Shown here: in pieces, positions 28,551-32,000 of the stretch
How the letters are laid out: each line of letters starts with the position of its first letter
Position numbering within the stretch: the stretch's first letter is position 1
Source of the DNA: Pseudodesulfovibrio mercurii
Lineage (GTDB): Bacteria > Desulfobacterota > Desulfovibrionia > Desulfovibrionales > Desulfovibrionaceae
NCBI RefSeq assembly: GCF_000189295.2
Contig: NC_016803.1
Span: 2,520,001-2,552,000, forward strand
Length of the DNA stretch: 32,000 nucleotides
Reading direction: 5' to 3'
Notes under the pieces: model-generated
The model's input: the letters and a program-made list of their open reading frames with translations, nothing else
Told to the model about the DNA's origin: nothing
Databases searched by the model: none
Made by a program: the position numbers and the translations under genes

Positions 28551-29321
28551 CTAGGCGGATTCGCCCAGGATCAGGGGCGAGACCCTGTCGCAGGCCGCGT
28601 CGTCGGGCACGAAGGCGGTCTCGCCCACGGCCACCACCGGGCGCATGCCGATGAGCGAGTTGAGCAGATAGGCGTGCCGGAAGGATTCGAGGTCCGCCGA
28701 CGGCACGCGCACGGGCAAAATATCCAGCACGGTGCGGGCCAGGTCCAGGGCCACGGACGGCGCGCAATAGGGCGAGTCCACACACACGAACTGCCCCTGC
28801 TTCTCGAAGACCAGGGCCCCGCCCGCCGCCTCGAGCACGTTGCCGCCCAGATCGAACAGGGCCGCGTCGTCGAACCCCCGGGCCGTTGCCTGGCGCAAGG
28901 CCAGGAACCGGAACATTCCGTTGGTGGTCCGGACCGCGTTCAGGGCCGAGACATGCCGGTCCTCGCACACGCACAGCCGGAACGCCTTGTACGGCTTGGG
29001 CTCCACCGCCTCGGCCGTGAGCACCGGCGAGGCCGCCCGTCCGTCCACCGGATAGACGATGTCCACCCGCGCGGGCCGACCCTCCAATCCGTTGCGGTTC
29101 AACACCTGCCCGGCCACGGCCGGGAAATCCACCGTCGCATACTCCAGGCCGTACGATCGCAGCCCATGCAGCAGCCGGTCCAGATGACGGTCCAGATGAC
29201 ACAGCTCCCGGCCGTTGTAATAGACCGTCTCCCACAACCCGGCACCAAACCGGAAGGCACCGCCCGCCGGGTCCAGCCGGACCCCCTCCAGACCGTACCC
29301 GCCATCCTTGTAATGTATCAT
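28551..29321 (-). CDS. Aminotransferase class IV (fold type IV PLP) family protein, aminodeoxychorismate-lyase-like
   Basis: 256 aa from ATG 29321 (MIHYKDGGYG); the track ORF starts 17 codons earlier at 29372. Family-like blocks FRFGAGLWET, HLDRLLHGL, YLLNSLIGMRPVVAVG. The expected PLP-lysine position appears to be Arg (see findings). Confidence 0.7.
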   Translation of the reverse strand: MIHYKDGGYGLEGVRLDPAGGAFRFGAGLWETVYYNGRELCHLDRHLDRLLHGLRSYGLEYATVDFPAVAGQVLNRNGLEGRPARVDIVYPVDGRAASPVLTAEAVEPKPYKAFRLCVCEDRHVSALNAVRTTNGMFRFLALRQATARGFDDAALFDLGGNVLEAAGGALVFEKQGQFVCVDSPYCAPSVALDLARTVLDILPVRVPSADLESFRHAYLLNSLIGMRPVVAVGETAFVPDDAACDRVSPLILGESA

Positions 29322-29389
29322 CGCGCACCCCACGTTCGCAGCATTCCCACCCACGAATACACACCCGGCCAAACGAAGTCCAACACGGC

Positions 29390-30080
29390 GTGGGGGGGCG
29401 AGGGATGACGAGCAGGGAAGGCCTCCGGCGGCCCCTTCGGGGAGGACCCTCGCCGGGCGGCGTCTCCGAAGGGCAGGGCGCTGCCCTGCACCCGCCAGGG
29501 AGCAAAGCCCCCTGGACCCCCATCGCCTCGCTGCGCTCGGTCTGCGGCGGCGGAAGGCTCGGCAAGGGACGCCTTCCGCCGTGCCGGTGTGCGATTTCGG
29601 GCAGAAAAAACGGATGGGACGGCGTGCTGCTTCACCGGAATGGGCACGCCGTTTTTTCTGCCCGAAATCGCGTGGTTGCTTTTTTAAGAGGGGAATAGCT
29701 CACTAAAAATACTGCTTCGCCGCCTTCTACCAACGCCGCAAAACCGTTTGGATGCGTTCCGCCATCCCCTCAGCGGCGTTGGGCAACCGTCCCGAAGGGT
29801 TCGCGCCCAGCCAGGCCTCCCGCGAAGCAGCACAGTCTTCCCCACACTCACCCCGCACGTCATCGCGCGTCCGCACGCCCCTGCCGAAGGCACCCAAAAA
29901 GGTTGGGAGAGTCCAGAGAACCCTTTCCAAAGGGTTCTTTGGTCCCGCCGACAAATCCGCAGGACAGCGGATTTGGACCGCGCCTGGAAAGGCGCGACCC
30001 CGCAGGGGTGAGCCCCAGGACGGGGCGAATCAAGGCGACCCCCGGTAGGGCCGCCGGAGGCATCCCCCGCATCCTCGTCC
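29390..30080 (-). repeat. Composite non-coding repeat element L2 (~0.69 kb), inverted copy of L1
   Basis: Termini are agggaaggcctccggcgg (29414-29431) and ccgccggaggcatcccccgcatcctcgtcc (30051-30080). Internal blocks 29540-29670, 29694-29800 and 29830-29942 read as reverse complements of 21830-21960, 21690-21800 and 21490-21590 respectively. Confidence 0.8.
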
Positions 30081-30094
30081 GCGTGAGCCCCGGT

Positions 30095-31630
30095 TTAGCC
30101 GGCGCCTTCGCGGTCCATGCTGCGGTAGTTGATGGCTTCGGCGAGGTGGTCGGGGCCGATGGTGCGGGCCTGGGCGAGGTCGGCGATGGTTCGGGAGATG
30201 CGCAGGACGCGGGTGTAGGCCCGGGCGGACAGGCCGAGGGTTTCGACGGCCTGGCGGAGGAAGCGGTGCTCGTTGTCGCCGAGGGCGCAGAATTCTTCGA
30301 GGGCGGCGCCGTCGAGTTCGGCGTTGAGGGAGAAGTGACGGCCCTGGTAGCGTTCGGCCTGGGTGCGCCGGGCGGCGAGGATATGGGCGCGCATGGTGGC
30401 GGAGTCCATTTCCGAGCGGGTCTGGCGGAGTTTTTCGTAGGGCACGGCGGGCACGTCCACGTGCAGGTCGATGCGGTCGAGGAGGGGGCCGGAGATGCGC
30501 GAGCGGTAGCGTTGGACGGCCAGCGGGGAGCAGGTGCAGGGGTGGTTTTCGTCGGACAGGTAGCCGCAGGGGCAGGGGTTCATGGCGGCCACGAGCATGA
30601 CGTCGGCCGGGTATTTGAGGGTCATGAGCGAGCGGGAGATGGAGACCTCGCCGTCTTCGAGGGGTTGGCGCAGGACTTCGAGCACGGATTTTTTGAACTC
30701 GGGCATTTCGTCGAGGAAGAGCACGCCGCGGTGGGCCAGGGAGGTCTCGCCGGGCTGGGGGTAGCGGCCGCCGCCGACCAGGCCCACGTCGGAGATGGTG
30801 TGGTGCGGGGTGCGGAAGGGTCGGGTGACCATGAGGGCGCGGTCGGCCGGGAGCAGACCGGCCACGGAGTAGATCTTGGTCACCTCCAGGGCCTCTTCGA
30901 AGGACAGGGGCGGCAGGACCGTGGGGATGCGTTTGGCGAGCATGGTCTTGCCCGAGCCGGGCGGGCCGATGAAGAGCAGGTTGTGGCCTCCGGCGGCGGC
31001 GATCTCGATGGCCCGCTTGGCGTGTTCCTGGCCCTTGACCTCGCCGAAGTCGACGAGATGGGTGGTCCGTTCGTTCCAGAGGGTGTCGATGTCCACGCTG
31101 GCCGGGGCGATGGTGTCTTCGCCCAGGAGCATGCGCACGACCCGGCCGAGGTCGGCGGCCCCGATGACGGCGAGGTCTCCGGCCACCGCGCCCTCGCGGC
31201 CGTTCTGTTCGGGCACGATGATGCCCCGGCCGCCTTCCTTGCGCGCGGCCAGGGCAAGGGGCAGGACGCCGGGCACGGACTTGAGGTCGCCGCTTAAGGA
31301 CAGTTCCCCGGCCAGGAACCAGCCGTCCACGGCCCGCTGGTCGATGACGCCCATGGCGGTGAGGATGCCGATGGCCAGCGGCAGGTCGTAGCCGCTGCCC
31401 TCCTTGCGCACGTCGGCCGGGGCGAGGTTCACGGTGATCCGGGCGGGCGGGACCTTGAAGCCGCAGTTCTTGAGGGCGGAGAAGACGCGCTCCTTGGATT
31501 CGCGCACCGCGCCCTCGGCCAGTCCGACCATGGTGAAGGCGGGCATGCCGGACCGGGAGAAGTCGACTTCGAGCTGGACCTTGAAGGCGTCGATGCCCAT
31601 GAGGGCGGCGCAGGAGATGGTGGCGATCAC
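30095..31630 (-). CDS. yifB: YifB/ComM-family Mg-chelatase-like AAA+ ATPase
   Basis: 511 aa from GTG 31630 (VIATISCAALMGIDAFKVQLEVD). Walker A FIGPPGSGKTMLAKRIP, Walker B GVLFLDEMPEF, C-terminal SARAYTRVLRISRTIADL. The 75 extra N-terminal codons of the track ORF are not family-like. Confidence 0.88.
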   Translation of the reverse strand: MIATISCAALMGIDAFKVQLEVDFSRSGMPAFTMVGLAEGAVRESKERVFSALKNCGFKVPPARITVNLAPADVRKEGSGYDLPLAIGILTAMGVIDQRAVDGWFLAGELSLSGDLKSVPGVLPLALAARKEGGRGIIVPEQNGREGAVAGDLAVIGAADLGRVVRMLLGEDTIAPASVDIDTLWNERTTHLVDFGEVKGQEHAKRAIEIAAAGGHNLLFIGPPGSGKTMLAKRIPTVLPPLSFEEALEVTKIYSVAGLLPADRALMVTRPFRTPHHTISDVGLVGGGRYPQPGETSLAHRGVLFLDEMPEFKKSVLEVLRQPLEDGEVSISRSLMTLKYPADVMLVAAMNPCPCGYLSDENHPCTCSPLAVQRYRSRISGPLLDRIDLHVDVPAVPYEKLRQTRSEMDSATMRAHILAARRTQAERYQGRHFSLNAELDGAALEEFCALGDNEHRFLRQAVETLGLSARAYTRVLRISRTIADLAQARTIGPDHLAEAINYRSMDREGAG

Positions 31631-31866
31631 GATTTCATCCGTGGGGACAAGGTGTTGGGGCGGGATGCCTGGGAAATGTGTACACGCATATCCATCCGCC
31701 TGTAAACCACCGGTCCCGCTGGGGCGGCAGGGGAGACGGAGCGGCCCTGCGCGGGGCGGGCGGCGCCGGGATTTCCCGGCGTCCGAAAAATAATAGCCCG
31801 ATTTTTCATGGCGACCCAGGATGGGCGTGATTCCCTTTTCAACATCGCATCGCAAAGGAGCACCCC

Positions 31867-32000
31867 ATGGGTATCCGTTCCAAACTCTTTTTGCCCCTGC
31901 TGGGCATGGCCCTGGTCATGCTGGTCGGCGGCTATCTGATGCTGCGGTCCCAGTTCGCGGACCTGGAGAACTCCTTCGTCTCCCTGATCATGCGGGGCAA
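31867..32000 (+). CDS. Membrane protein, N-terminal fragment (possible sensor or chemoreceptor); continues beyond the window
   Basis: ATG 31867 lies 7 nt after AAGGAG. MGIRSKLFLPLLGMALVMLVGGYLMLRSQFADLENSFVSLIMRG has a single N-terminal TM helix. Not in the track because there is no stop in the window. Confidence 0.5.
   Translation, partial: MGIRSKLFLPLLGMALVMLVGGYLMLRSQFADLENSFVSLIMRG

Noticed and set aside
21412-30080. Composite transposon or IS-flanked island
   Set aside because: The flanking elements have inverted termini but no transposase or integrase gene. I could not identify direct target duplications. The cargo includes core genes (ftsEX). I report them as non-autonomous repeats and possible inversion substrates instead.

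Overview
High-GC bacterial chromosomal segment centred on the replication-initiation cluster dnaA-dnaN-gyrB-gyrA (9.1-16.8 kb). The gene content includes rubrerythrin, a four-subunit 2-oxoacid:ferredoxin oxidoreductase and a COG1900/DUF39 homocysteine-synthesis protein. Together with the GC-rich codon usage, this suggests an anaerobic Desulfovibrionaceae-like sulfate reducer, but that is inference only. I can support about 30 protein genes: coaBC, queA, the OFOR operon, fabI, a glycosyltransferase/phosphatase/glycosyltransferase operon, ftsEX, rbr, a class IV aminotransferase-like gene and yifB/comM. Most long ORFs in the track that lie antisense to these genes are GC-driven shadow ORFs. I saw no rRNA, tRNA, CRISPR array, transposase, integrase or recognisable defence gene. 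Two things go beyond housekeeping. (1) A family of GC-rich, palindrome-containing intergenic repeats occurs at six loci. Two of them are ~0.6-kb composite copies in inverted orientation (about 21.4-22.0 kb and 29.4-30.1 kb) that bracket a 7.4-kb segment. (2) Inside that bracket is a mirror-symmetric module of three paralogous LysR regulators. It is flanked on both sides by divergently transcribed genes for tiny (52-58 aa) C-terminally hydrophobic proteins. Two of these are clear paralogues, and all three carry a related upstream sequence block. This is my best candidate for an undescribed system, but its function is unknown. All coordinates and alignments were worked out by hand from the sequence; no database search was possible.
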